Shown: positions 24,101-38,471, numbered from the stretch's first letter. The stretch: DNA of 64,000 nt from Thalia democratica (GCA_965202585.1 OZ241832.1:35030001-35094000); one strand, 5' to 3'. Made by a program: numbers and translations. The notes: generated from the letters alone by a model not told the origin.

Positions 24101-26647
24101 CGTTGGTTTACAGCTTGCTAGCGACACCAGACGTCGAGTACCCGATTGGCACCGTACAGCCGCCTCTTAAAGTTGCAAGCGATAAGCCCATCAGTGAAAT
24201 TCGCGCTTGTTTTGATTCTAGATGGTTTGAGGTTACTTTTTTGACAGTAGATAATTTTTCTAGAACTCGTAGCTGTAAATTAATTTAACATACCGTAATT
24301 TTGAAAAAAATATTAAGCTGTTTAAAGATGTTTTTAAAGGTATTTGTACTAATTTTACAAACTTTTTTTTTACTTTTTAAATTTGTTTTGGGCTGAAGCT
24401 GATAGTTTAGTACTACTTATAGTAGACAGCTAGTTTGTTGTTTTGTTTATTTGTTTTAATAGTAATTGAATGTTTGATAAAAGTGATACTTTATAGATGC
24501 TACAATCAAGCATTAAGAAAATGAGTATATTGCTGATAAAAAGCTTTTATATTTTTGAGGTTCCGATATTGTCAGTAAAAACTGCATAAAAGAGATTAAT
24601 TTCTACAGCTTGATTAAATTAAGTGTTTAAAAACTAAATATTTTACCGAATCTTAACACAAGTTAATATGATGAATTTGACTTAACTTATTTCAGATTTT
24701 TAAAAATTACTGTGATACCATGTTTAAATTTTCCATTTTTACTTTGTAATATAAAAATACACTTTAGGTTTGAATTATTAAAAAGCTTGAGTCCTTGTAA
24801 CACTTGAGTAATATTCAAAAAAGTTACAATTTTGATCAAACTCAAAAACCAGGACTGCGACTGCGAAGTTTTGGATTTGTGCAATGTTGCAAAGCAAGAG
24901 CTGAGCAAAGTCGTGGCTTGCCTCGATGACGTGAAAATTGCCGAGCTTTATGACGTCACCATCGCTCACCGAACGATAATCACCGCCGAAATGGTTTGCG
25001 GACTTCAGGACGAAATGGAAACGCATGGCAAGCTGCTGGTGCGGTTTCTTAATATTTTTGGTGTTTTTTGCAATTAAACTTATTGGCTAATTTGTTATGT
25101 TATATAAATTTATTTATTTAAGTTGCTTAAAACAAGTACTTTTAGAATTTATATTTTAAACTACGTTATGTCATCAGCCGAGTAGTACTTTTAATTCTTT
25201 AGTTCAAAAAAGATCAATTTTTTATTATCTACTAACACAAGCGTTTAAAAAAAACTTTTTAACTTTTTTAATGAAAAAGCAACATTAAAAAAACGTTTAT
25301 CGCAGAGTTACCCTACGAGGTCCATACTGGCCGGTGCGGACCAGATTAGCAAGTGCGATTACTACAAGTCCAACCAGCAGCGAATGAGAAGCTGCAACCA
25401 GTTGCAGCAGATATTCGGTGACTATGACGTCATAGTCACCCCGACGACGGGCTGCGCCGCGGTGTGCATATGCGACGACGACATCGGGTACCTGGACGCC
25501 GAGGAAATTTGCATGATCATGAAGTTGGGAAATTTGTTTTGTTCAAGTGTAAATTTCAAAAATTAAAAAATTAAAACATCTGTTTTAAAATATTAAACTT
25601 GAAACATTCTGTCTATAAACAAAATATGTGCAGTAATTTATTTTTTGCATACATTTTGTATATTTGGGCTCTGTTAAAAGTGAGTACTCAAGATATAGTT
25701 ACTGTAATTAATTTAAGTTTGAAATGTTTGGTTATATTTTTTATACAGTTTAACAGAGTCTTTAAGTGAGTCTATTTTACTAACTTCAATTTTTTTGATT
25801 CAAGTTTAGTTGCACAATTTTGCGGACTAATATTTTATTAATCGTTGGAGATTTAAGAGTTGTTTTATTTGAGTTAAATTGTGGAAACCTACAAGTTTTT
25901 GTAGAATGTTTTTATGAAAGCTTTATTTTGTCTAATTAATAACTAGTTATGTCAAATAAATTATAGGTACTCAGCATTGGGAAATCTGACAGGAATTCCA
26001 GGCATTACTGTGAATATTGGATACATTGACGGTGTAAATCTTCCTATTGGATTTCAGGTGAGTTTTTTAAATTTGTACGTGCATTTATTGCAGTTTTATA
26101 ATGATGAGTATTTTATGTAAATAAGTTACCTAAACTGTTAGAAAAAAAAATAATATAAAAATACAATAATTTAAAATTTTTGTTACCGTTTAAAAATTTT
26201 TACTGATAGATACAATAACAAATCTGTTTTTATGCACTAAAATATTTGTTTTGATTTTTCGACGACCCTTGCTTAACTGGTTTAAGATTTAAGGTCCTGG
26301 AAAGCTATCTTTGGTAGTTTGGTATGCACTATATTAAAAAAATTGAAACATTGTTATTTAAAATATAATTTAATCAGTTTTTTTTTTGTAGTCTATAAAG
26401 AACTAGTGAAAAAATTCATATAAATGTTATTATGATACTGAGAAATAACTTTTTATCGTTTGATTTAAAATTTTATATACTGTACGTTATTTAATAAATA
26501 TAGACTTATATTATAAAAAACTATTATATACAGATAATGGCGCCTTGGTACCGAGAGGAATACTGCTTGCAACTAGCTGCTTATTTAGAAGGCAAATTCA
26601 AAACGATGAAAGCAGAAAATTTTGTAGATATTTCAGTAAAGCCATAA
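18198..26647 (+). CDS. FAAH: Amidase-signature fatty acid amide hydrolase, plant (Arabidopsis FAAH)-like type; 13 exons, 598 aa
   Basis: Phase-consistent GT-AG exons: 18198-18350, 18511-18564, 18844-19009, 20279-20442, 21033-21125, 22035-22198, 22580-22686, 22969-23094, 24071-24231, 24853-25038, 25306-25523, 25967-26057, 26534-26647. Catalytic Lys (IKDEF) and Ser-Ser (GGSSSGS, GTDGGGSVRIPSALCG) are present, plus NMHEIGLGTTG, DVIVTPTTG, GNLTGIPGI and LPIGFQIMAPW. Confidence 0.93.
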
Positions 26648-27649
26648 ATTTTTTAAAAACTGATTAATGTTTTTTAATTGCCCTTTAAGCTACTATTTGT
26701 TAACAACTAATCATAAAGCTTGTAAAAGAACTAATGAAAATTGTTTATCACTCACTTTGTTATATCAACCTTTATTATAAAAAAAGTATTATCTAATCAG
26801 TATTCAGAAATTATTTTTTTTTAATGTATTAGTTGTCACAATTTAAGTGTTTCTTTTTTATTTAATGCTCTAGTTTGTTTATTTTTAATTTCTTTTATGG
26901 AAGCTTACAATGCCAAAGGCTTATTTGTAATGCCCTATTTTTTAAAAACTGCAAAATTTTTTTTTATTAGTTTTAACTTATAAAAACATTAAGTTATGAT
27001 GTATTTCTGTATCATTTATTTTATCAAAACTAAAAAAGCTTAAACCCTTACAAAAGCTATTTTCTCACTATAAATTTTTTGTTGTTCAAACATCCATATA
27101 AACAGACTTGTATTAGTTAGTCCTTGAACTTGCTCTTTTAATATTTAAAACGTTTAATCTATTACAATAATAAACTAATTACTTTAATTTAATGCATGGA
27201 ATTGTTAATATTTTTTTAAAACAGTATGCTTTTATTATAAATTAACTTAAAAATCAGTTAAGTGTGTGAAACTTATTCGGATGTATATTTGTTTAATTTG
27301 TTCATACTGCTTTAACTTCCAAAGTAATAAACTCTATTTGTTGTTGTAAGGAAGAAATGGGTTAATTATTAATTGCAATACACATTATGTGATTTGTTTA
27401 CTCAGGCATGTACTACATTGCACATGGAATGTAACAAAAAACTACTAAAAAAATGTATAAAAGCATTTCATTTTATTTAACTGCAAGTTTAAAGTAATAC
27501 CTATTTTATCGTAAATCTCAAATTAAAATTTTCTTAATACAAAAAAAAGTTATTTTATTGCTGTGAACTTATGAAAAGGAATTAAAGAAGTTACAAAACG
27601 TTGTAATAGAAGCAAATATTTGAAAATTGAATTATCAAAATCTTGTGGC

Positions 27650-30600
27650 TTAGTTGCCTAAAAATGCTCTCAGAAATTCATTGTACGGAACTCTACCTAG
27701 CATAGCGTGATCGTAATATGACATCAGGTTGAAAAAATCTTCTTCGTTCAACACTATTGAGTACTCGGACAGAACCTGGAAAAAATAGTTACAATGAGCT
27801 TTTTTACAAAAGTTTTAATTTTCTAATCATGTATTTTACATTATTAATTTTTTTTTTGAGTCAGATACAACTTTTAAGGTTATCAGGTTTAGATTAGTTT
27901 TAAACATAAAAAGTCTTCTATGAAAACTGAAGCTTCCAAGTAAAAAAAAACAAACTCAAATCTGTGTAGTGTAATTTTTTTAGGGAAGAAAACTATTGAA
28001 ACGAGTATTAAGCAAATACTGCTTACTTAATAAGAAATTAAACACAGTCATTACATAAAGCCTTTACACAGTCATTATATATATAGCCTTTAAGGCAAGA
28101 TATTTAAGTAGATACTATGCAGTTCTTATCTTTTATTTAAATCAACCACTTTCTAAATCAAGAGTGAAATATAAACTTATTTAGTATGATACTTTTTTTA
28201 ATGTACCAATAAAAACTAAGTAATCCACAAGTTTAAACATTGAAAACTCAAGTTTTAAGTAGCTTAATAAAAAACTTAAGTTAATTTACACAAAAAGCAT
28301 CGCATGAAGTTTCTTATAAAATATTTCACAATACCGAACCTTAACTTTTTTAAAAGCTTTTATTGAGGTTTTACCCAACACAGTTTTCGCCTTTCAAACA
28401 AGTAAAAATGTTAGACCACATTTTTGATGAATACAAACCTTGCGAAATGTGGACGGTGAAACGACACCGATCGCACGGAGGTCGTGTGTTCTGAACGTCC
28501 TTCTCATCTCTTTCCAACAATGAAGGAGTCTTCCCCTCAACCTTAACATCACCTCGCAAAACTGCTCGCTTTCCTTGCCGAATATCAACTGTAAAATATT
28601 TCAACTTTCAAATAAATAGCTTAAGTTTCTTATCTAAAAAATCATCATAAAATGTTATCATACGTTGGTAAAGCTGTATAATGTAGTTGGATTATATTTA
28701 GGTGTTTGAACTTGCTATTAGGCTAAGCGGCAGTTTTGCATTTATCTTTAATAAAACCATTGTTGATTACTAAAGAAAATTTATTTGGCAACAAATAAAG
28801 TTTATTAGCCCAACGAACAGGAATTCTGTTGCTGTGGATCATTTTTCTCTCCAACATTCCTTCATCCCTGGGTCTCAGTGTGAGTAGGAAATGTTTGAGA
28901 AAGTTCTTGTAGTGAATATTGCTGGGGCTTCCTCGCATCTGGTACTTAGCAGTCAAGTCTCTTGCTTCGGTAATGGTTAGCTCAATACCGTGCTGTTTCA
29001 ATACATCTAAAAGACAATTGAAAATTTATTTGATAAACTTAACCTAAAGTTGACCTATACATAAAAAAGTATACAATGTGTTTTAAGTGTTACAAACTTA
29101 TAAAAATATGTTCGTACAGTTATGAAAAGCTAACGTTTAAGTTTATTTTTTGTGTTCTTAAAATGCTTTAACTTCCTCTCAAAGGTCTCTTAAGTTGAAA
29201 TTAAGGTAAGCACTGATTTTTTTATAGCTTTTTACTTTGATAAAACAGCAAAAAAAATTGTATCAAGTTTTGCTTGTTTGAACACATAACATTCCTACTT
29301 GAACCATTACAAACCAGTTACAAACTTTCATGACAAAACGTCAAGTTTTTGAACACTGACCTGCAAACTCCTGGCAAGTCACAGAGTTCGTTTTCCTGCT
29401 GTCCAGCTTCTGGCAGCTCGTTTGAATTTTCTTCCACTTTTTGTACACGTCCTCCCGAATCCTCTCCTCCAGCAACGCGACGGAGTGAGATGGAGAAACG
29501 TCGATGCATTTGAAGCCTCCTGCGCTGGCAGACACTGACGACGTCGACTGCCGTGACATCACAGACTTTCCTCGAATTCCGATGCCAAACTGACCAGGCT
29601 CCTGAAAAATAAATTTATTAAAATAATTAAACTAATTTGGCTGTTTTAATTTTACAGTGTCAGAGTATGAAAAGTTTTAAATTTCCAATCGAATTCGTTA
29701 ATGAAGAATTGTTTAAAGCTCTTAAAGTTTGTCTTTTGTCATTAATATAATATTTTTTTTATTAAGTGGTGATATAATATTCATTGTTAGATTAAAATAA
29801 ATGATATTTAGTTTTAAGAAAAGGTATATTATAGTGTTGTAATTGATATAATTTTTTATAAGTAAAACAGTCTTGTAACATTAATTATAATACTCTATAA
29901 GAGATTTGTAGACTTGTTAGTTTTTCTAAATTTCCTGGGCTATGACGTTAAACTGTATCCAAGTGGTGTTCGACTAGATAACCGAAAGGTTTTTTTGTGC
30001 ACCAGGTCCTAGGACTAAATACTTTAAGCGCTTTTTTTGTATTCAATAAACAATACTAAAACGATAATTTTTGGATACTGGCCTGAGAAATGTTTTATTT
30101 TCAATTTAGTACATACAACCTTGTTTACCAACGGTATAATTTTGATTAAAATGCATCTGGGATGAGTGAATCTGAGATACACATGATTTTTTTCGAAGTT
30201 TGTTAGATTTTTATGACGTTTCGACTTTAGAATAGTCATTATCAACATTAAAATAGTGCAATATAATTAAAACTAACCCTAAAAACTAAATATATAAGAC
30301 GAATTAACTTACAAGATATATAAAATTATGCATTACAAGTTATACTGTATATGATTGATATTACCCACACGTTCAGAATTTTGAATTATTCATTGGTTTA
30401 CTATTTAAAAAAGTTTATTTACCTAAATTTTATTCTAAGTCATGTAATCTTACTGCAATATATAGTTTATAATTTAAAATTGTATATATCTTGTTACTTA
30501 ATTTGTTCTTATAACCAAAAACGTATGGTTTTAAATGGTTAAATGTGTGCATAGCTATCTTAGAAAATTGTAAGAGAAAAATAACAAAAATATTCCCAAA

Positions 30601-31098
30601 TATAGCTTATTACAAAGAGTTTTTTTCTATTAAGTCTAAAGTAAAATCAACAAACTCCAGTCATGGGCCTGCTGGGAGGAGTTATTGCTTGTCTGGTGTA
30701 ACAGCATTGGTCACCTCCTCCCATAACGTCCTCTTCATTTGCTACATAATTCAATTTTTGCAACTCTTCTTCCATTTCACTAGCTGGGCGGTTTTGTACT
30801 TCCTTTAATAGTGTAATGAGTTTATTTAACATGTAAAGTTATTGGTAATCTCTTTTATAAATCACTTAGTAAAAATGAAAACAGAATTCATGAAGTAGAC
30901 GTTACAATTAGTTACAACGATCTTGCCAGTATTAAATAAGTAATAACTTCATATTAAAAAATTTATTAAGGTATAATAATTTGATTAAATAACAGACCTT
31001 AAGTTAGGAAAAGTAACTTTAAACAAGCTGGACTGAAAATAAACTAGTACATTTACATAAAGTTTTATAAACTCACTTACCTCTTCTACTTGACTCAT
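27650..31098 (-). CDS. EFCAB6: Short EF-hand calcium-binding domain protein 6-like, 6 exons, 289 aa
   Basis: Phase-consistent exons (minus): 31098-31081, 30802-30656, 29601-29361, 29006-28819, 28588-28439, 27775-27650. Segments such as KKWKKIQTSCQKLDSRKTNSVTCQEFADVL, WKEMRRTFRTHDLRAIGVVSPSTFRKVL and GRVPYNEFLRAF resemble degenerate EF-hand pairs of EFCAB6. Family call is from memory. Confidence 0.75.
29930..30055 (+). repeat. ~130-nt interspersed structured repeat, copy
   Basis: Matches the consensus TCCTGG..GACGTTAAA..GTGGTGT..ACCGAAAGGTT..GCACCAGGTCCTAGGAC..AGCG-Tn-AATAAAC seen also at 11415, 35295, 42325, 44155 and 57440. Confidence 0.8.
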
Positions 31099-32185
31099 AG
31101 TGTTTCTTTTTTGCTTGTTCTTAGTTTTTACTTTAAAAAATTCGAGCTTAAAGAAGCTTTGATTATCAACTCAAGTTGCTTAAAAGTTGGAAAGTTTAAT
31201 CTTATTGAAAACTTAGTTTCAAATTGTCTGATAAATGAAAGTTTTGCTGAGCTCAGAATATTATTACATCATAAAGCTAAAGCATAAAGTTTGGAACAAG
31301 TAGAGTAAATGTCTCATATTATGGTTTTCTAAAGTTAAGTAAAATATTAATGTATAAAAATAAAACAGTACGTGAATTAAGTTTGTTATAAAAAATTTTA
31401 GATAGTTAAGGTTAAATAAGTAAGTTTTCAATTTTAACTAGTCGAACCTTTAGTTAATAAATCAGATACATACTACATAAAAGTATTTAAGTCCGTTATG
31501 AAACATGTTTTTACCTTTTAATTTGTGCTTAACTGATTCAATAAACTGAAAAAAAAAACTAATATTCTGGTTAAATCAAACAAAAGGACTTAATACTTAC
31601 CTTAAATATACACAAATCTATTACTACTTATCATGTTTTAACAACTTTGGTTGTTCATAAAAGTTAGAGTTTATAAAAGCCTTAAACGTTTGGAATAGAA
31701 AAAAACCTAATTTATGCTTTTTCAAAAAAACTGATATCCGTTCTATATTAGAATTTTGTATTAATTCTGTTTTTGCTTATAATGGTAAAAAAGTAGTTTT
31801 ATAGAAAAAACCAAATCTCAAAAAGTTAAGACAAAAAAAAATTACGAGCAGTATTTTTAGATGAAACTAATTTGCATTACCAATTTTTTGAAAAGCCTAG
31901 CCATTTTATAAATAAGGAGAATTATAATACAAAATGTAAAAATAAAACGTTTTGTTTAAATAAAAAAGTATAAGTATTTATTTTTAGTTCACGGTGTAAG
32001 TAAACATTTTATAAACCGTTTAAATAAAACTGTATTTTTTTAATAGTTATTTATAATAAGTATTTTCCAAACTTTTCCTAAGATAAGAGTCATATATAGT
32101 TTTGTATTTTAAATAAAATCTGTATATAATGCAATAAAACTATTAAAAAATATAAGTTTAAGCATTTGTTGACAAAAATCAGAGC

Positions 32186-32295
32186 GAAACAAGTTCACTG
32201 CAGTATATAATAAAACAAATAAAACAATACTTTTTCTTTATTACACTAACACATGTTTCTGTGTGTTAGTGTAATAAAGAAAGTATACTGTTTAA
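32186..32295. repeat. Small foldback (hairpin) element; related copies at 20637-20730 and 53290-53435
   Basis: Shared head AAACAAGTTCACTG followed by ~30-bp inverted arms (ATACTTTTTCTTATTACACTAACAC / GTGTTAGTGTAATAAAGAAAGTAT) around ATGTTTCTGT. Confidence 0.7.
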
Positions 32296-35200
32296 TTTCT
32301 TATTATTATTTAATGGAATATATTTATATAGCCTAATTTATAAAACTAATATGTACTTACAAATTCTCACATTTTTAAGTATAAAGTAGAAAATATTTCA
32401 AATTTCTTAAGAAATATATTTATTTTTATAGAAAAAATATAAATAATATAAATAACTACATACTGGCAACGGATTAGTTATAAGTTCTTGTAGTCTCCCA
32501 TAACTATATAAAAAATAACTAGTATACTAAAAGAACTTAGTTATCAAAACTCTATATCTTATGTTATCTAAGTAAAAATTAAATGAAATATAATTAAAAA
32601 AACAAATGATCATAATTTTTTTTTTTTAATTTCTAATTTAATCTATCATTTATTTTCAATTAGTAACAATCTTGAACTGTACTTCCGAACGATAAAAAAC
32701 AATACATTTTTTTAACAAGTTGATTATCCTTTTGGTACGGTTTAATGTAGCTTCAACTTCAATTTTTTTTTGTAAAAACACTGTTTATAGTATTAAATCA
32801 AGACAAAGTACTTTTATTTATAGAAACACATATTCTATTAGTTTTTCGGAAATTTATTACAATGAGTTTAGTAGAATAAAGAGTAAAACGTTTTGTGAAA
32901 AGCTTATGTCTATTTGAATAATTTTTAACAACAAAAAGTTTTAAATGTTATCTAAGATATATCGAAGTTTGTGAAAACTAGTTTTTCTCAAGTTACCCGG
33001 CTGGCTCTTGATCTCAGAAAAAAAACCGTTTATAAGAGTCTGGGAGATAATTTATTTAACTTTTTAAAATAAAAACACCAAAATATTTTTTTTTTATTAT
33101 CTGTTATATGTTTATTATCTACTTTTAGATTCTATTTAATACTTAAATAAATCTATATGTATTTGTAATCTACTTTTTATTTATTTTCTATTCAATCAAC
33201 TGAATTCAAAGTTAATTTAAAATACTGAATAGAGAAAGCAAAGAGTATTTGTTGTAGATATAGAAAAAAACATTGAAAGTTAAAAGAGTACAAACATTTA
33301 AAAAAAGTCTTGGTATTGTGTTGTAAAAGAAACAAAAAACAAGACAACAAACAAAACAACATGCTTTTATTAATCCAGTTTTGAAAAACGTATACTAATA
33401 AGGTGCATGTTGAATGTTTAACTTTAAATTAAATAAATATTTAAACTTTTTAGGAGGGAAAAAAGATTTAAAATTGGTTACAAAAATATACAAAAGTATC
33501 TTACTGTGTAGAAATTTATGTTCTTGGTGGTTCTGATCCCACGTTTTACCAGGGAATTTGCGTTATGAATTTAGTTTGATTACATTTTTTCGTAACAAAC
33601 GTAAGTACAAAAAATATACTTCACTCAACGCTATTTTCAACCTATTTAATCTAAATCCTCTAGACAACTTATAATTTTTTTTAAATAACTTAAATTTATT
33701 ACTCTATAGCTATTTATAAAATGTTTACTCAAAATTTTCGACAAAAAGAACTTAGTACCTTCACTTTTTAGAAAATATCTATAATAACTTGTTTAATATT
33801 TGAATTTAATTGAAACTCACTTAAAGACAGTTTAGAGTATTTTTTAATTAGTTTCAAGCTTTTATTCATACTAATCTATATTTCAAACTACAGGATCTAT
33901 AAATCTATATTCCTTTTGCGTATTATACACAAATTTATAAACTTTTCAAGAAAATTCTGCTTAACACAGATAGACTTTACAAAATTCACATAATTATTCT
34001 CATTTGCAAAAAACTCTTGATTTAGATTTTCGTTTTAAGTGCGTTTTACGGCTTATTATGATTGTATGTATATTTGTAATAATTAAATGTTATGAAATAT
34101 TTTTAGACTTGAAATAATTTTTTTTATGCTTGAATTTATTGAGTTCTCGCACTTTTCTAAAGTTTTTGTTAAACTTCATTAAATAACTTATAGTAACAAA
34201 AACAGAAGAAAAATGATTTTATTGATTATTATGAAAAACTTCCTTTAACTTTTGTTGTTTAACTAGATATATTTTTTTATTTAAAAAAATAGATTATGTA
34301 AGTATTTAAAATGCATTTTTATTTAACTTTAAAGTATTAAAACTAAAATGATGCTATATTTGTAAATTAAAACTATAAGTTAAGTTTGAAAAGTATTATA
34401 TTTCGTCATTTCCTTACGCACACAAAAGTTATGTAAGCAAAAAAGTTTACTTTAAATTAAGTAAATTCTACATTAAGATTTTTTTTTAAACGTAAATACA
34501 GCTAAATAACATAAAATCACAATTAAGTACAGTTAGAAAAACAATTACGAGCTATTTACACGTAAAATAATTAGATTTCAAGGTCAGTGTGTTATTAGTT
34601 ACACAATATCATTTCACGACTAGGCTTTTAACCGAATCTATTATGATTTGCTGTGACTAAAGACAACTAAAAACATTCTGTTCCAACATCAAACAGGTAA
34701 TTACATGAAAACCGGAAATCAGAAGGTTTTTAACATTAGTGTGACGTAGCCACTACTTGCTACGTAGCCCGTCTGCAAAAGTTATGTAAAGCCTGAACTT
34801 CCGGGTTGGATATCACTAACCCAAAATTTCTTACGCAACCATCTTGATTTTATTAAACAAATACATAAAAGTAAATAAAAGTTTGAAAAATAAGTTGAGG
34901 CTTGATGAACTCAAATGAGAAACCAAGCATAAGTCGAGTGACTGCTTTCAGTTAAATCGATAAAGTTTAATATTTACTTAAAGCTATTTGATACGAAAAA
35001 AAAACAACATTTTTTCTTCTTCATAACAAAAAAATTGATGAGTTTCTTTTCTTTTTGGTAAACTATATAAAAAAAGATGTTATTACTAATTAATACTTAT
35101 TGTAAACAAAACTTATGAATTTAATTATGAACAAATTTTATAACTTTACTTAAAAATAAATTGAAAATATATAACTCAGAAACTTTATAGATTTTTATTT

Positions 35201-38200
35201 TTGTTAGATAATTTTCCAAGTTTTGCACTTACAGTTTTATAAATATATTATATATCTGTAAAAGTTAATTTTTTTAATAAAAAAGTTTTAGTTTAATAGC
35301 TTGATTACCGAAAGGTTCTTTGTGCACCATGTCCTAGAACCAAACGTTTAGAGCGTCTTTATTTTTGTATTATAACTGTCTATATTTTTCAATAAACTGT
35401 GATAATGTAAGGCAGAATAATGAGTAAATTTAAAGTTTTCTAAGTACATTATGTAAATTATACTTAAAAAAATATGAATAAATACATTGATAATACGTAC
35501 TAAACAACTTAGAAAACTTGTGATTTTAGAAGTCAGGTTTTAGTCGTTTGAGTGATATTTTCAAATTTTGTTTTAAGCCGTTGTAAAGTTCCAATTTCGA
35601 AAACAAACTTAAACGACATTAATAAATAATCTAAATAAAATTCAACAGTATAAAAAAAGGTTTGAGCTAAATCTGTGTTTATTATGTGTAGTACTTACTA
35701 TTACAAAAAAAAGACTTTAGGATATACTATAGTAAATTGGAAATCTCTGCAATGTTCAACTACTTGCTTCAAAATTACTCGTTCGCAATATAAATGATAC
35801 TTAGTTGACTTAAACATAAAAATTACACTGAAACTTTCATAAAAATTTTAAACCCATAAACTTAACAAAAGTAAGTTTGGTTATATGTATATTTTCATAA
35901 TGAGTTCAATTGCTACTAATTTCTAGTTATTGCAGTTTTGCAAAATTCAAAATTTGCTGACTCTTGATTACGTCTTCGAATGATTATGAAAAATGCCTAT
36001 TGAAGAAATTCGTTGTAGGCTTTTGAAATTTTCATTCACGGAAAAACAGCTTGATTTTTATTCTAAACTTATTTTTTTTTAATTAGTTAAGCTCTTAGTT
36101 TCTAATTTAGTTTTACCCGCAAAAATACTATTGGAACAATAAAGTAATTTCTTTCATATTTGTAAGCTGCCAGGAACGTAAACAAAATTGTGTTGACATT
36201 GAGTTCGAAAAGGCAAACGCATCTGGCTTGCACAGTGACGTAACAAAAGAGCCAGTTTACGATTGAAAGTTTTATCAGATGAAGCAGAGATAAGAGATGA
36301 GATGTTGCTCTCAATCTGCTTATGATAAATGAGACGCGAGTATTGGACTCCCTTTGTAGCAAATTAGATCGCATGTTTTTGTGCAACTTTCATTTGCGTT
36401 CAACCTTTTCTTGCCAGCACTTTAGAACAAAATTTAGTTTGATTTAGTGTGGAAAATAGATTTTGAGTCTCAGTTAAAACTGTTTGGTTTTAGTTGCTTG
36501 ATATTTTCAAACTAAATATCACGTAGGTTTTTTGAATTTTTTATAAGCAGCCTCTATCTTTTGTTAATATACTAGGCATTTGTTTATAAGTAGTAATTGG
36601 AAGTTAAATAAAAATTTTAAATACTTAATTTTAGAGTTTTTATCTGTGGAGAGCTATAAATCTATTAAAAGCGTAAAATATTTAGTTCTTTTGTTAAAAT
36701 TAGCTTGATTGTTAGTGTTTTTGTCCGTTTAGTTTATATTTCTTTTAAATGATTAGAAAAAAACTAATCAATATGTTTACTTGAAACCAAGCAAACATCA
36801 AACTACTTTTAGTCTTTTATTTTCATTTTATTTTTAAGTTATAATTAAATACATTCTAAATCAAGTCAAAGTGTTTACTTAACTTTTGTAGTACTAATTA
36901 TTATTTTGTATTTTAGCTTAATATATTTTACTAATTACACTTATCATTAATACTAAAATTACACTACTTGCTTTTTAAAATTTCATTTTTGCAGTTAACA
37001 AATATAGGAAAAACAAGTTTTTGCAATTAAACTATTTTAACAAAAATATATTTATAATGCTCAGTTCTACAACCAGCAGTTAATAATTTTTAACTTTTTA
37101 AGAAACTTGATCAAATAATCTTTTAAAAACTTAACTTTAGTACAAAACGTTTATTAAAACCAAACAAAATTATTAAGAAAAGTTTAGCAAGACCATAAAA
37201 CGTTTACTTGTTATGCTACCTCTCATATTCAAAGTTCATTAAGGTTTGTGTTATTTTAATTAAGTGTGGAAATAAAATTTAATTTCAAAAACGCCTTTCT
37301 TTGTTATAAAAAGCACAAACTTTAGTACAAAAACTTTATAATGTAACTTTCAAAAAGTATAAAAGCTACAATTTTAAAACTTTATCAAATCAATTTCTAG
37401 CCACTCTGAAAAAATATTTCCACAAAACTTATTTTTAAAATTAACAAGCATAGATAAATAACTATAAAAAAAATTTAACATTTGCCTAATAACTGGTTGA
37501 CACTTGAATTTTTTAAAATAGTTTATGTTTTGAACTGGATCAAGTTTTCCATTAAAAACCGAGCTTAATTTTAAAAGTTACCAATGTACTTTACGAAAAA
37601 CCTTTTTAGACAGTGCAAATAGTAAAAATAATAAATAACACAAAGTTTGTTTGAACATTTAATACAGTTAAACGATTTTTGAAGATTGAACAGTTTTAAG
37701 AAAAAAAGAATTCTTACTGCAGTAAAGAAAGGAAGCCGCAGTAACTTAAGCTTATTTATTCACACTTCCTTTAAACTTTAACAGCTCATACTAAGCTCAC
37801 GTAGTAAGTAACAAGCTTTGAAGTATTAGTTTATTTGTTTGTGCTTCTTCTTAAAAAGCTCAGTTTTTTTTTCAATATAAAACGCAAAGGTTCTTTCAGT
37901 AAAAATAATTTTCAGAGCTGAAAAGTTACTAACAAAACGAAAATAGCATATAAAGCGATAAATATGTAAGTATTTTCAAATGCTTTAGCTTGTAATTTCT
38001 TTTTTTATATAAAAAGTTTATCTTTATTTGGATTACTTTTTTTTTTAGTTTGTTTAGATATTGGATTAGTCATGTTTCCGGATTATTGTTTTAGAAGTTG
38101 TTGGAATTAATTTTAGATTGCCACACAGTTAGTTTAATTTATCAAATTTTGTTAAGCGTTTGCTTTATGAAGAAAAATTATAAAATGCTCAGTTCAGTAA

Positions 38201-38471
38201 TTTACTGGTTTTCTTAAACTTTTTTGTTGTTTTAATTTTTCTAACTTAAAAAATGGAAAAAAAATCAAATTTATTATTGTATATAATAATTAAACACTTA
38301 TTTATAAAGTTTTTAGAGTTTTTATATTAATTCCAAGTTTTAAACTGATGAAGTTTTTTCTTTTTAATTTTGTCAAAACATTTTTTTTGTGTATGAAAAT
38401 ATCATTTTTCAACCATTAACTAAAAACCAGAGCAGGATAAATGCTTACGTAGTTTTTATTTGATACGTACA

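Noticed and set aside
26101-26206. C/D box snoRNA (ATGATGA ... CTGA) in a FAAH intron
   Set aside because: The interior is extremely AT-rich, with no terminal stem and no recognisable rRNA guide, so it is expected by chance.
13485-26647. PIGC-LDHD-FAAH as a trans-spliced operon
   Set aside because: Same strand, but the CDS gaps are about 1.5 kb and 0.9 kb of AT-rich DNA. Nothing in the sequence shows polycistronic transcription.
29930-30055. Self-cleaving ribozyme (hammerhead, HDV-like or twister) in the structured repeat
   Set aside because: No CUGANGA/GAAA core, no room for P2/P3/L3 before the P1 partner strand, and no twister consensus. Kept only as an unclassified structure.
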